Positions 35,837 through 45,129 of a DNA stretch of 64,000 bases are shown one piece after another. The notes under the pieces are model-generated. The model searched no databases, was not told the DNA's origin, and was given only the letters and a program-made list of their open reading frames with translations. Within the stretch, counting starts at the first letter, position 1; each line of letters opens with the position of its first letter. Source of the DNA: an uncultured Muribaculaceae bacterium (GTDB lineage: Bacteria; Bacteroidota; Bacteroidia; Bacteroidales; UBA932); contig CAZRBY010000006.1 in the NCBI GenBank assembly GCA_964598495.1, forward strand, positions 2,624-66,623. The letters are read 5' to 3'. The translations under genes and the position numbers were made by a program.

Positions 35837-37549
35837 TCAACTCTTCTTTTTATCAATACAAATATCACATTTTCCACATGGAGCAGAGTCTTCCTGGCCA
35901 AAATAACGCAATAACGATACACTGCGGCAGGTGGAGTTGTCAGTAACAAGAGATATCATTGCATTGAGCCCGGTGGTGCGGCGCTCAACTTTTTCATAAT
36001 ACTCCGATTCGGGCAAACGGAGGTTTTTCTCGTAAAGCCTCTCATTGTAAAATGTGAGAATCGGCGAGCGGAATTTTGGCACATAAGTCATCACATGCCT
36101 GTTTGAAAGAGAGATTAGTTTCGCTTTGACAGCATCCACGGCATAACGGCCTGCCCGTGCAATTTTCTCTTCATCAATGGTGACATAGTCGGAAAAAATG
36201 CCGGTGTACATCCTCAAAAGTACTTTTACGAAAGTGTCCATCTCATTTGAACCCAACTGAACCTTGTAGAGTTCATCTCTAGAAACGTCAAAACGAATTT
36301 TAGAGGCGATTTCCAGTTCTTCTGAAAGTGTCCAATAGCCCGCCTGTTCGATGTATCTGATCGCATAATATGCAGTAGCTGAGTGTAGTTTGAAATGACT
36401 TACAAATGCATCAAGGTCAAACTTCACGCTCCGTCCTCCACCCTCTTCATAGGGTATCCCAAGAAATATAAAAACTTTCTGATAAATATCACGTATATAA
36501 TCCAGAGGAGGAAAGGTCACACGAGTGATCTGTTTCAGACGCCTGATATCACTTTCATTCCAGAGCAATACGGTATAAGATTGATCTCCGTCCCTGCCGG
36601 CCCTTCCCGCCTCCTGGAAATAGCTTTCTACAGTGTCGGGCATATCAAAGTGGCAGACAAATCTCACATCCGGTTTGTCGATGCCCATTCCGAAGGCATT
36701 GGTTGAGACTATAATACGAGTTTGGCCGCTCTTCCATTGCTCTTGTATGCGCGAGCGGGTTTCCCTCTCCATTCCGGCGTGATAAGACTCTGCATCAATT
36801 TTCAGGCTGCGAAGAAAAGAAGCAATCTGCTCGGCAGTACGCCTTTTACCCACATAGACTATGCCGGTTCCCGGCACATTGTGGCAAATTGAAAGCAACT
36901 GACCCATCTTATCTTCACATTTTCGGAAAACATACGAAAGGTTGGGCCTTTCGAAAGATGAGGTAACCTTGTTGGTAGCATCGAATTCCAGATTTGCCAT
37001 AATGTCATCCGCCACTTTTGAAGTGGCTGTAGCAGTGAGGGCGATGATCGGCACACGCCTCCGTATGCTGATAATCTGCCTTATTTCAGCTATTTGGAGA
37101 TAATCCGGGCGGAAATCATAACCCCATTGACTGATACAGTGTGCCTCATCCACCACCAGTAAATTGACATTCATCCTGGCCACCCTAACTCGGAAAAGTT
37201 CCGTCCTCAGACGCTCGGGAGAAACATAGAGAAACTTATAGTCACCATAAATCGCATTGTCGAGGGTTATATCTATCTCACGGTAAGACATGCCTGAACA
37301 GACCAGCAAAGAGGGAATACCACGGTCATTGAGATTCTCTACCTGATCTTTCATCAGCGCAATCAGCGGTGATACCACAAGGCATATTCCCGGCGTCATC
37401 ATAGAGGGCACCTGGAAACAGATAGACTTGCCGCCACCAGTAGGCAAGATGGCAAGAGTGTCTCTCCCCTCCAGCACAGAAGCGATAATGTCCTCCTGCA
37501 TCGGACGGAAGGAGTCATATCCCCAGTACTTTTTCAAAGTTTCTCTCAT
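35837..37549 (-). CDS. recQ: ATP-dependent DNA helicase RecQ
   Basis: It has the GYDSFRPMQEDII N-terminus, Walker A (PTGGGKS), DEAH (VVDEAHCISQWGYDFRP) and a RecQ-C zinc-binding CGKCDIC. The ATG is at 37549; the track's TTG at 37576 is unlikely to be the start. Confidence 0.92.
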   Translation of the reverse strand: MRETLKKYWGYDSFRPMQEDIIASVLEGRDTLAILPTGGGKSICFQVPSMMTPGICLVVSPLIALMKDQVENLNDRGIPSLLVCSGMSYREIDITLDNAIYGDYKFLYVSPERLRTELFRVRVARMNVNLLVVDEAHCISQWGYDFRPDYLQIAEIRQIISIRRRVPIIALTATATSKVADDIMANLEFDATNKVTSSFERPNLSYVFRKCEDKMGQLLSICHNVPGTGIVYVGKRRTAEQIASFLRSLKIDAESYHAGMERETRSRIQEQWKSGQTRIIVSTNAFGMGIDKPDVRFVCHFDMPDTVESYFQEAGRAGRDGDQSYTVLLWNESDIRRLKQITRVTFPPLDYIRDIYQKVFIFLGIPYEEGGGRSVKFDLDAFVSHFKLHSATAYYAIRYIEQAGYWTLSEELEIASKIRFDVSRDELYKVQLGSNEMDTFVKVLLRMYTGIFSDYVTIDEEKIARAGRYAVDAVKAKLISLSNRHVMTYVPKFRSPILTFYNERLYEKNLRLPESEYYEKVERRTTGLNAMISLVTDNSTCRSVSLLRYFGQEDSAPCGKCDICIDKKKS

Positions 37550-37614
37550 GCTGCAAAAATAGCAATTATATGACAATCTTTTTGCGCAAAACTATGGGCG
37601 TATAAAATAATTGT

Positions 37615-37622
37615 TACCTTTG
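37615..37622 (+). promoter_or_regulatory. candidate -7 promoter box for pckA
   Basis: TACCTTTG (TAnnTTTG), 36 nt upstream of the ATG at 37658. Confidence 0.35.
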
Positions 37623-37657
37623 CGGGACTAATAACAAAAGAAATTAATCCAACTATT

Positions 37658-39262
37658 ATGGCAAATATCGATTTATCAAAGTACGGCATCTTAAATGTCA
37701 AAAAAGTAATCCACAACCCCAGTTACGATGAGTTGTACAAAGCTGAACTTGACCCTGCCCTTACGGGATTCGAGGCTGGTCAGTTGACCGAACTTGGTGC
37801 TGTCAATGTGATGACTGGTATCTACACCGGACGTTCTCCCAAAGACAAATTCTGGGTAATGGATGATGTTACCAGAGACACGGTATGGTGGACTTCGGAT
37901 GAATATTTGAATGACAATAAGCCCGTTACTCCCGAGGCATGGAAAGAGCTCAAAAAGATTGCAACAAAGCAACTTTCAGAAAAGACTCTCTATGTGATGG
38001 ATGCCTTTTGCGGTGCAAATGAAAATTCACGCATCAAAATCCGTTTCATTGTGGAAGTGGCCTGGCAGGCACACTTCGTTAAGAATATGTTCATACGCCC
38101 TACCGAAAAGGAACTTGCCAACTTCGGCGAGCCCGATTTCGTAGTACTTACCGCATCCAAGACAAAGGTTGACAATTATAAGGAACTCGGTCTTAATTCA
38201 GAAACCGCAGTTGTATTCAACCTCACCGAAAAGATACAGGTAATTATCAACACCTGGTACGGGGGCGAAATGAAAAAGGGTATGTTCTCCTATATGAACT
38301 ATCTCCTTCCCCTCCAGGGTATCGCATCCATGCACTGCTCGGCTAATGTGGGTAAAGATGGCAAAACCGCTATCTTCTTCGGTCTCTCCGGCACAGGCAA
38401 GACCACCCTCTCAACCGACCCCAAGCGTCAGCTTATCGGCGATGACGAGCATGGCTGGGACGACGACGGCATCTTCAATTTCGAGGGTGGTTGTTACGCA
38501 AAAGTTATAAACCTCAGCAAAGAGGCCGAGCCCGATATTTACAATGCCATCAAGCGCGACGCTCTCCTTGAGAACGTAACTGTTGACGAAAATGGCAAAA
38601 TTGATTTTGAGGACAAGAGCGTAACTGAGAATACCCGCGTCTCCTACCCTATATACCATATTGACAACATTGTCAAACCAATCTCCAAGGCCGGTCATGC
38701 TAAAAAGGTAATTTTCCTTACTGCCGACGCATTCGGAGTCTTCCCTCCCGTATCCAAGCTGACTCCGGAGCAGACACAGTACTACTTCCTCAGCGGCTTC
38801 ACCGCAAAGTTGGCGGGAACTGAACGAGGAATCACCGAACCCACTCCGACATTCTCAGCCTGCTTTGGAGCGGCATTCCTCTCACTTCACCCTACCAAAT
38901 ATGGTGAAGAGCTAGTAAAGAGGATGAAGGCAAGCGGCGCTACGGCTTACCTGGTGAACACGGGATGGAATGGCACAGGTAAACGAATCTCCATAAAGGA
39001 CACCCGCGGCATCATTGACGCTATTCTTGACGGATCAATCGACAAGGCAGAGACTTCGTTTATTCCGGTATTCAATCTGGAGATTCCCAAAGCACTCCCC
39101 AATGTTGACACCAACATTCTAGATCCACGCAATACTTATCCCTGCTCATGCGAATGGGATAGAAAGGCTCGTGATCTCGCCGGCAAATTTGTTAAAAACT
39201 TCACCAAGTTTACAGGCAATCCTACAGGTGCTGCACTTGTATCGGCAGGTCCTAAGATTTAA
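37658..39262 (+). CDS. pckA: phosphoenolpyruvate carboxykinase (ATP)
   Basis: 534 aa with the kinase-1a motif [11 protein letters not shown] and the IGDDEHGW and NTGWNG blocks. Confidence 0.95.
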   Translation: MANIDLSKYGILNVKKVIHNPSYDELYKAELDPALTGFEAGQLTELGAVNVMTGIYTGRSPKDKFWVMDDVTRDTVWWTSDEYLNDNKPVTPEAWKELKKIATKQLSEKTLYVMDAFCGANENSRIKIRFIVEVAWQAHFVKNMFIRPTEKELANFGEPDFVVLTASKTKVDNYKELGLNSETAVVFNLTEKIQVIINTWYGGEMKKGMFSYMNYLLPLQGIASMHCSANVGKDGKTAIFFGLSGTGKTTLSTDPKRQLIGDDEHGWDDDGIFNFEGGCYAKVINLSKEAEPDIYNAIKRDALLENVTVDENGKIDFEDKSVTENTRVSYPIYHIDNIVKPISKAGHAKKVIFLTADAFGVFPPVSKLTPEQTQYYFLSGFTAKLAGTERGITEPTPTFSACFGAAFLSLHPTKYGEELVKRMKASGATAYLVNTGWNGTGKRISIKDTRGIIDAILDGSIDKAETSFIPVFNLEIPKALPNVDTNILDPRNTYPCSCEWDRKARDLAGKFVKNFTKFTGNPTGAALVSAGPKI

Positions 39263-39291
39263 ACGGATTGGTACTTAAAAAAATAATAAAA

Positions 39292-39323
39292 AGAGAGGGT
39301 TCCGCGATCTCCCTCTCTTTCTT
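39292..39323 (+). terminator. rho-independent terminator of pckA
   Basis: AGAGAGGG-ttccgcgatct-CCCTCTCT followed by TTCTT, starting 30 nt after the stop. Confidence 0.7.
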
Positions 39324-39464
39324 ATGTAAGACCCTCTTCTATATATATTTCACTTTTGCAACTATCAAAATTAACACAATTGTAACACAGAATGTATTTT
39401 AGCAATAACAATCATTTTGTAACTTTAAGGATGCGAAAAATCAATAATTTTTAAACAAATAACT

Positions 39465-42400
39465 ATGAATCAATTACTTAAGAAACTATTGCCGCTTGTA
39501 GCACTGGTGTTTTTCTCTTTCTATGCCAATGCACAGGTAACTACTTCGAGCATTAACGGCCAAATCCTGAGTGATTCGGGTGAAAAGCTCATTGGAGCAA
39601 CCGTAATTGCAGTCCACGTACCTTCTGGTACCAATTATTATGCAGTAGCTAACGAAGACGGTCGCTACGCAATTCAGGGTATGCGTCCTGGCGGACCTTA
39701 CGAGGTAAAAGTACACCTTCTGGGCTACCAAACCACACTTTTCAAGGATGTAGTACTCCAGCTCGGTGAAGCATTCACACAAAATGCAACGCTTGCCATT
39801 TCTACTGAGGAACTCGAGGAAATCGTGGTTGTCGCATCACCTAACTCCAAATTCACAACTGAGAAAACAGGTGCGGCTACCAATATCAGTTCGTCACAGA
39901 TAAGCAATATGCCTACTATAAGTCGCAGTATCTCAGATATAGCACGTATATCTCCTTACGCAAACGGAATGAGCTTTGCCGGCGGTGACGGACGTTCCAC
40001 CAACTTCACCGTTGACGGCGCCAACTTCAACAACAACTTCGGTCTGAATCCCAATCTCCCCGGAGGCGGCAGCCCCATATCAATGGATGCCATAGATGAG
40101 ATACAGGTCGTTGTCGCACCCTTTGACGTACGCCAGACCAACTTCATCGGCGGCGGTATCAATGCCGTCACCAAATCAGGTACCAATACCTTCAAAGGTA
40201 CGGCTTACACCTATTACCGTAACCAGGATATGAGGGGCAATAAAATTAACGGAAAAGAACTGGACGAGCGCGCTAAAGAATCCAATAGCGTTTACGGTTT
40301 TACTTTCGGCGGCCCTATCATTAAAAACAAGCTCTTCTTCTTCACCAACTTTGAAATGGAGAAAACTCCCGGACAGGTGATCAACTACCGCGCCAACAAG
40401 GGCGGAGAAAAAGCTGAGGGCAATGTATCCCGCACTCTTGCTTCAGATATGCAGTCAGTTAAGGATTTCATGATGCAGAAATATGGTTACGATACAGGTT
40501 CCTACACTGATTTCCCCGGTGACCAGTCAAACATGAAGTTCCTTGCACGCATTGACTGGAACATCAATGACAACCACAGACTAAACCTCCGCTACAACTA
40601 CACTAAGAATACTGCATGGAATGCACCTAACGGCAACTCTTCCGACACCGGATACCGTCTCAACGGCACATACCGCGTAGGCAACCAGTCAATGGCTTTC
40701 GCCAACAATATGTATTCAATGGACAACAAGGTACAGTCAATCTCCGCCGACCTCAACAGCAGATTTACCGACAACCTCTCTAACCAGCTTCTTGTGACTT
40801 TCTCAAAAATTGATGATATCAGAGGTTCCAAGTCCACCCCATTCCCCCACATTGACATTATGGCCGGCAAGGATGCTACAGGAAAACAGATTATGGAGCC
40901 TTATATGTCCCTCGGTTATGAACTCTTTACCTGGAACAATGGTGTACATAACAACATTCTCACAATAAAGGATGACATTACCTGGCTGAAAGGGAACCAC
41001 AAGGTCCTTGCAGGTCTGAGCTATGAGTATCAATTCGCCGACAATGCATATATGCGTAACGGTACAATGTACTACCGTTATAACAGTCTCGATGATTTCC
41101 TCAACAGCAGGACTCCCGAGTCATTCGCCATCACTTATGGCTGGAACGGCGAAGCTAACCCGAATGCCCGCGTTACATTTAACCAGATCGGTCTCTATGT
41201 ACAGGACGAGTGGAGCATAAGCAAGAAGTTCAAACTTACTTACGGTGTACGTTTTGACGAACTTTTGTTTGACAACAGCGATATCGCCACCAACAAAGCC
41301 ATCTACAATCTGACTTTCAGGGATGATCAAAAGATTGATACCGGTTTGTGGCCAAAAGCCAACCTCCAGGTATCCCCCAGAATAGGTTTCATTTGGGATG
41401 TAAAAGGAGACAAGTCATTGAAGGTTCGTGGAGGTACCGGTCTCTTTGCAGGTCGTCTACCGTTGGTATTCTTCACCAATATGCCTACCAATGCAGGTCT
41501 CGTTCAAAATTCCGTTCAGTTCAGGACCTCTTATAAGAATGGTGTTCCCACCGGATATGACAAGCGCCTCGATGCCTTCAACGTCGGTATGATGACTAAT
41601 GTACAAGATGCCATCAAGGCACTCGGCCTCCAGTCCGAACTCAATGAAAGCAATCACGTTGCAGGTTCCAAGATTTCAGGAGTTGACCGCAATTTCAAGA
41701 TGCCTCAGATTTGGAAATCATCCATAGCTCTTGACTGGCAACTCCCCGTTTCCTTCCCCTTGACCCTTACAGGAGAATTCATGTTCAACAAAACCGTTAC
41801 CGGAGTTACCATCGACAATATCAATATTGAGAATCCTATGAAGTGGAAACGCTTCCGTGGCTCTGACAACCGTTTCATCTATCCTGCCGACTTCGCTATC
41901 AACAAAGGCAAGAATGCTGTTGTTCTGGCCAATACTAATAAGGGTTACGGTTACACCGCCAACATCACTCTCAATGCCCAGCCCGTTAACAACCTCGATA
42001 TAATGCTCGCATACACTATGACAGAGTCCAAAGAGGTATCTGGAATGCCAGGCAGCGACCCCGTATCCACCTGGCAGGGTCTTATCACAATCGACGGTCC
42101 CAACTTCGGCACCGTTCAGCGCTCTCAATATGTAGTTCCCCACAAATTGATTGCAAGTGTCAACTATTTCATTCCCTTCAAGATTTTCGGTGGCAAGGGA
42201 CTTCACCTCAACCTCTTCTACAGCGGATCTTCAGGCAACGGCTATAGCTACGTATACACCAACGACATGAATGGTGACGGTATCAACCTCGACCTTATGT
42301 ATATTCCCAAAGATGACAGCCAAATCAATTTCAAGACCGATGCTGACCGCGCTGCATTCTGGAAATTTGTTGAACAAGACAAATATCTGAGTAGTCACAA

Positions 42401-42752
42401 AGGAGAGTATGCTGAGGCTTATGCTGCACGCACTCCCTGGGTTCACCGTTTCGATCTTCGCGTTGCAGAAGACTTTGCATTCAACATCGGTAACACAAGA
42501 CATAACTTCCAGCTTGTATTTGACTTCATGAATATCGGCAACCTATTCAATTCAAAATGGGGTGTTTACCAAATCAACTCTATCTCAAACAACAGCTCGA
42601 TTCTAAAATATGAAGGCCAGAATACAAAGAAGCAGCCCATATTCTCCATGTACCAGAAGGATGGTAATTACCTTACCAGGTCATATGACTACAATTACCA
42701 TTACGGCCAGTGCTGGAAATTCCAGGTTGGTATCCGCTATATCTTCAACTAA
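39465..42752 (+). CDS. TonB-dependent outer-membrane receptor with N-terminal carboxypeptidase-regulatory-like domain (Oar-like; no SusD partner)
   Basis: 1095 aa. A signal peptide is followed by a CarboxypepD_reg-like beta-sandwich (INGQILSDSGEKLIGATVIAV...GRYAIQGMRPGGPYEVKV), a plug region and a long beta-barrel. The downstream gene is convergent, so no susD-like gene follows. Confidence 0.85.
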   Translation: MNQLLKKLLPLVALVFFSFYANAQVTTSSINGQILSDSGEKLIGATVIAVHVPSGTNYYAVANEDGRYAIQGMRPGGPYEVKVHLLGYQTTLFKDVVLQLGEAFTQNATLAISTEELEEIVVVASPNSKFTTEKTGAATNISSSQISNMPTISRSISDIARISPYANGMSFAGGDGRSTNFTVDGANFNNNFGLNPNLPGGGSPISMDAIDEIQVVVAPFDVRQTNFIGGGINAVTKSGTNTFKGTAYTYYRNQDMRGNKINGKELDERAKESNSVYGFTFGGPIIKNKLFFFTNFEMEKTPGQVINYRANKGGEKAEGNVSRTLASDMQSVKDFMMQKYGYDTGSYTDFPGDQSNMKFLARIDWNINDNHRLNLRYNYTKNTAWNAPNGNSSDTGYRLNGTYRVGNQSMAFANNMYSMDNKVQSISADLNSRFTDNLSNQLLVTFSKIDDIRGSKSTPFPHIDIMAGKDATGKQIMEPYMSLGYELFTWNNGVHNNILTIKDDITWLKGNHKVLAGLSYEYQFADNAYMRNGTMYYRYNSLDDFLNSRTPESFAITYGWNGEANPNARVTFNQIGLYVQDEWSISKKFKLTYGVRFDELLFDNSDIATNKAIYNLTFRDDQKIDTGLWPKANLQVSPRIGFIWDVKGDKSLKVRGGTGLFAGRLPLVFFTNMPTNAGLVQNSVQFRTSYKNGVPTGYDKRLDAFNVGMMTNVQDAIKALGLQSELNESNHVAGSKISGVDRNFKMPQIWKSSIALDWQLPVSFPLTLTGEFMFNKTVTGVTIDNINIENPMKWKRFRGSDNRFIYPADFAINKGKNAVVLANTNKGYGYTANITLNAQPVNNLDIMLAYTMTESKEVSGMPGSDPVSTWQGLITIDGPNFGTVQRSQYVVPHKLIASVNYFIPFKIFGGKGLHLNLFYSGSSGNGYSYVYTNDMNGDGINLDLMYIPKDDSQINFKTDADRAAFWKFVEQDKYLSSHKGEYAEAYAARTPWVHRFDLRVAEDFAFNIGNTRHNFQLVFDFMNIGNLFNSKWGVYQINSISNNSSILKYEGQNTKKQPIFSMYQKDGNYLTRSYDYNYHYGQCWKFQVGIRYIFN

Positions 42753-42774
42753 TACTTGAAATAGCATAAAACCT

Positions 42775-42809
42775 AATAACGGGTATGACTTTTTGTCATA
42801 CCCGTTATT
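42775..42809. terminator. bidirectional terminator hairpin between the TonB receptor gene and asd
   Basis: 15-bp perfect stem AATAACGGGTATGAC / GTCATACCCGTTATT with loop TTTTT, flanked by T-rich and A-rich sequence. Confidence 0.75.
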
Positions 42810-42813
42810 TTAT

Positions 42814-42840
42814 ACTACATACTACATACTACATACTACT
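42814..42840. repeat. (ACTACAT)x3.9 heptanucleotide microsatellite overlapping the asd 3' end
   Basis: Counted directly. The asd stop (TAG, 42822-42824) and its last five codons (V-V-C-S-M) are encoded by the repeat. Confidence 0.95.
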
Positions 42841-43823
42841 TCCGCTATCTGCACTGCATTCGTTGCAGCTCCTTTACGCAGGTTGTCAGCGACACACCAT
42901 AGGTCTATACCGAAAGGCACTGTTGTATCACGGCGAATGCGTCCCACAAAGACCTCGTCCTTATCGAAGGAATAGAGAGGCATGGGATATAGATTCTTCG
43001 AGGGGTTATCCTGAATCACAACGCCCGAAGTCGAGGCAATAACTTCCCTCACCTCCTCCAGTTCGAAATCCCTGAGAAGCTCCAGATTGATTGCCTCAGA
43101 GTGACCTCCTATTACAGGTACGCGTACTGCAGTGCTTGTAACCGCAATAGAATCATCATTGAGTATCTTGCGAGTCTCGTTGACCATCTTCATCTCCTCC
43201 TTTGTATATCCGTTGTCAAGAAAAGTATCGATATGGGGCAGTATATTCCGGTCAATTGGATAGGGATATGCCGCATTATAACTCCCCCATGAGGATCCTG
43301 AGCGCTCAGCCTCCATCTGATCAAGCGCATTGTATCCCGTACCTGTCACCGACTGATAGGTGGAAACCACTATCCTTCGGATACCATACTTACGGTGGAG
43401 CGGTGCTACTACCATCAGCATCTGTATCGTGGAGCAATTTGGATTTGCGATAATCATATCATCTGCAGTCAGCACATCTGCATTGATCTCCGGGATCACA
43501 AGTTTTACAGAGGGATCCATCCTCCAAAATGACGAATTATCGATCACTCTGCATCCCTGAGCCGCAAATATTGGTGCAAATTGAGCGGAAACGTTGCCGC
43601 CGGCAGAAAATAGTGCAATATCCGGCTTTGCCTCCAGCGCTTTATTTAAAGATATCACTTCATACCACTGTCCGCGGAAAAATATGTGCCTGCCAATAGA
43701 GTTCTCGGAAGCCACAGGATAGAGTTGAGATACGGGAAAATTCCTTTCCTCGAGTACCTCAAGCATTTTTGAACCGACAAGTCCGGTGGCTCCCACTACC
43801 GCCAGTTTTAACTCTTTTGCCAT
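42822..43823 (-). CDS. asd: aspartate-semialdehyde dehydrogenase
   Basis: 333 aa with the VVGATGLVG Rossmann N-terminus and the active-site NCST block (IANPNCSTIQM). Confidence 0.92.
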   Translation of the reverse strand: MAKELKLAVVGATGLVGSKMLEVLEERNFPVSQLYPVASENSIGRHIFFRGQWYEVISLNKALEAKPDIALFSAGGNVSAQFAPIFAAQGCRVIDNSSFWRMDPSVKLVIPEINADVLTADDMIIANPNCSTIQMLMVVAPLHRKYGIRRIVVSTYQSVTGTGYNALDQMEAERSGSSWGSYNAAYPYPIDRNILPHIDTFLDNGYTKEEMKMVNETRKILNDDSIAVTSTAVRVPVIGGHSEAINLELLRDFELEEVREVIASTSGVVIQDNPSKNLYPMPLYSFDKDEVFVGRIRRDTTVPFGIDLWCVADNLRKGAATNAVQIAEVVCSM

Positions 43824-43843
43824 AATGACCTTATTTAAGGTTA

Positions 43844-45118
43844 TCAGAGTGCCTGTTGTAGATCATATATTATGTCATCTATATGCTCGATACCTACGGA
43901 TAGACGGAGCATATTGGGATATACTCCGGCTGCCTCCTGTTCCTTTGCACTGAGCTGCGAATGTGTTGTAGATGCAGGATGGACAATAAGGGATTTTGAG
44001 TCACCCACGCTCCCGACGTGAAGAACGAGTTCGAGCTTCTCTACAAGCGATGCAGCCGCGTCAAATCCTCCCTTTACACGGAATGTAAGTACGGCACCAA
44101 ATCCGTTTTGCAGATATTTAGAGGCCAGATCATGGTAACGATTACTCTCAAGTCCGGTATAATTGACGCTTTCAACTGCAGGATGACTCTCAAGGTAACG
44201 TGCAATTGCGAGAGCATTGTCGCAGCATCTCTGGACGCGAAGTGAAAGCGTTTCCAACCCCTGAAGCATCAGAAATGAATTGAAGGGAGATTGAGAAGGT
44301 CCTATATTACGTAATCCGTCTACTCTGACCCTGCCTGCAAATGCTGCCTTGCCGAAGACCTTTGTGTAGATAAGACCGTGATAACTCTCCGAAGGAGCAG
44401 CAAGAAGAGGATATTTCACTGCATCCCAATCAAAATTGCCTCCGTCAACTACTGCTCCACCGAGAGTTGTGCCATGTCCGCAAATCCATTTTGTCGCCGA
44501 ATGAATGGAGACGTTCACGCCCCAGTCAAATGGACGGAAAAGATATCCGCCACATCCGAAAGTGTTGTCGACCAGCACGCAGATACCTTTACGGTGTGCC
44601 ATTTCACAAATAGGCTCAAAATCAGGCACATTAAAGGCGGGATTGCCGAGAATCTCCAGATAAACAGCTTTTGTCCGACTGTCTATCAGAGATTCTATCT
44701 CCCCACACTTGTCTCCTTTGGCGAATCGCACCTCAATACCCATATCGCGGAGTGTAACTGCGAACATAGTGAAGGTACCACCATAGAGGAAGGGCGAAGT
44801 CACGATGTTGTCACCCGGACCGCATATGTTTGTCACCGAGAGAAATACCGCAGACTGACCGGAAGCGGTAGCAACTGCAGCCACACCACCTTCCAGAGCT
44901 GCAATCCTCTTTTCAAATATATCATTGGTGGTGTTAGTTATGCGGGTGTAGATATTGCCTTTGCGTCGGAGGGCAAATAATTCCGACCCATACTGCATAT
45001 CGTCAAATGTATATGCGGTTGACTGGTAAATCGGCACTGCCGTGCCTTTTGAAACAGGATCAATTTCATGACCTCCCCTCACCTGGAGAGTCTCGAATCT
45101 ATATTTCTTATCTTCCAT
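43844..45118 (-). CDS. metY: O-acetylhomoserine sulfhydrylase / aminocarboxypropyltransferase (PLP, Cys/Met metabolism family)
   Basis: 424 aa with the FETLQVRGG N-terminus, the PLP-lysine block SATKWICGHG and the RLSVGIE C-terminal motif. Confidence 0.88.
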   Translation of the reverse strand: MEDKKYRFETLQVRGGHEIDPVSKGTAVPIYQSTAYTFDDMQYGSELFALRRKGNIYTRITNTTNDIFEKRIAALEGGVAAVATASGQSAVFLSVTNICGPGDNIVTSPFLYGGTFTMFAVTLRDMGIEVRFAKGDKCGEIESLIDSRTKAVYLEILGNPAFNVPDFEPICEMAHRKGICVLVDNTFGCGGYLFRPFDWGVNVSIHSATKWICGHGTTLGGAVVDGGNFDWDAVKYPLLAAPSESYHGLIYTKVFGKAAFAGRVRVDGLRNIGPSQSPFNSFLMLQGLETLSLRVQRCCDNALAIARYLESHPAVESVNYTGLESNRYHDLASKYLQNGFGAVLTFRVKGGFDAAASLVEKLELVLHVGSVGDSKSLIVHPASTTHSQLSAKEQEAAGVYPNMLRLSVGIEHIDDIIYDLQQAL

Positions 45119-45129
45119 GGGATTTTGTT

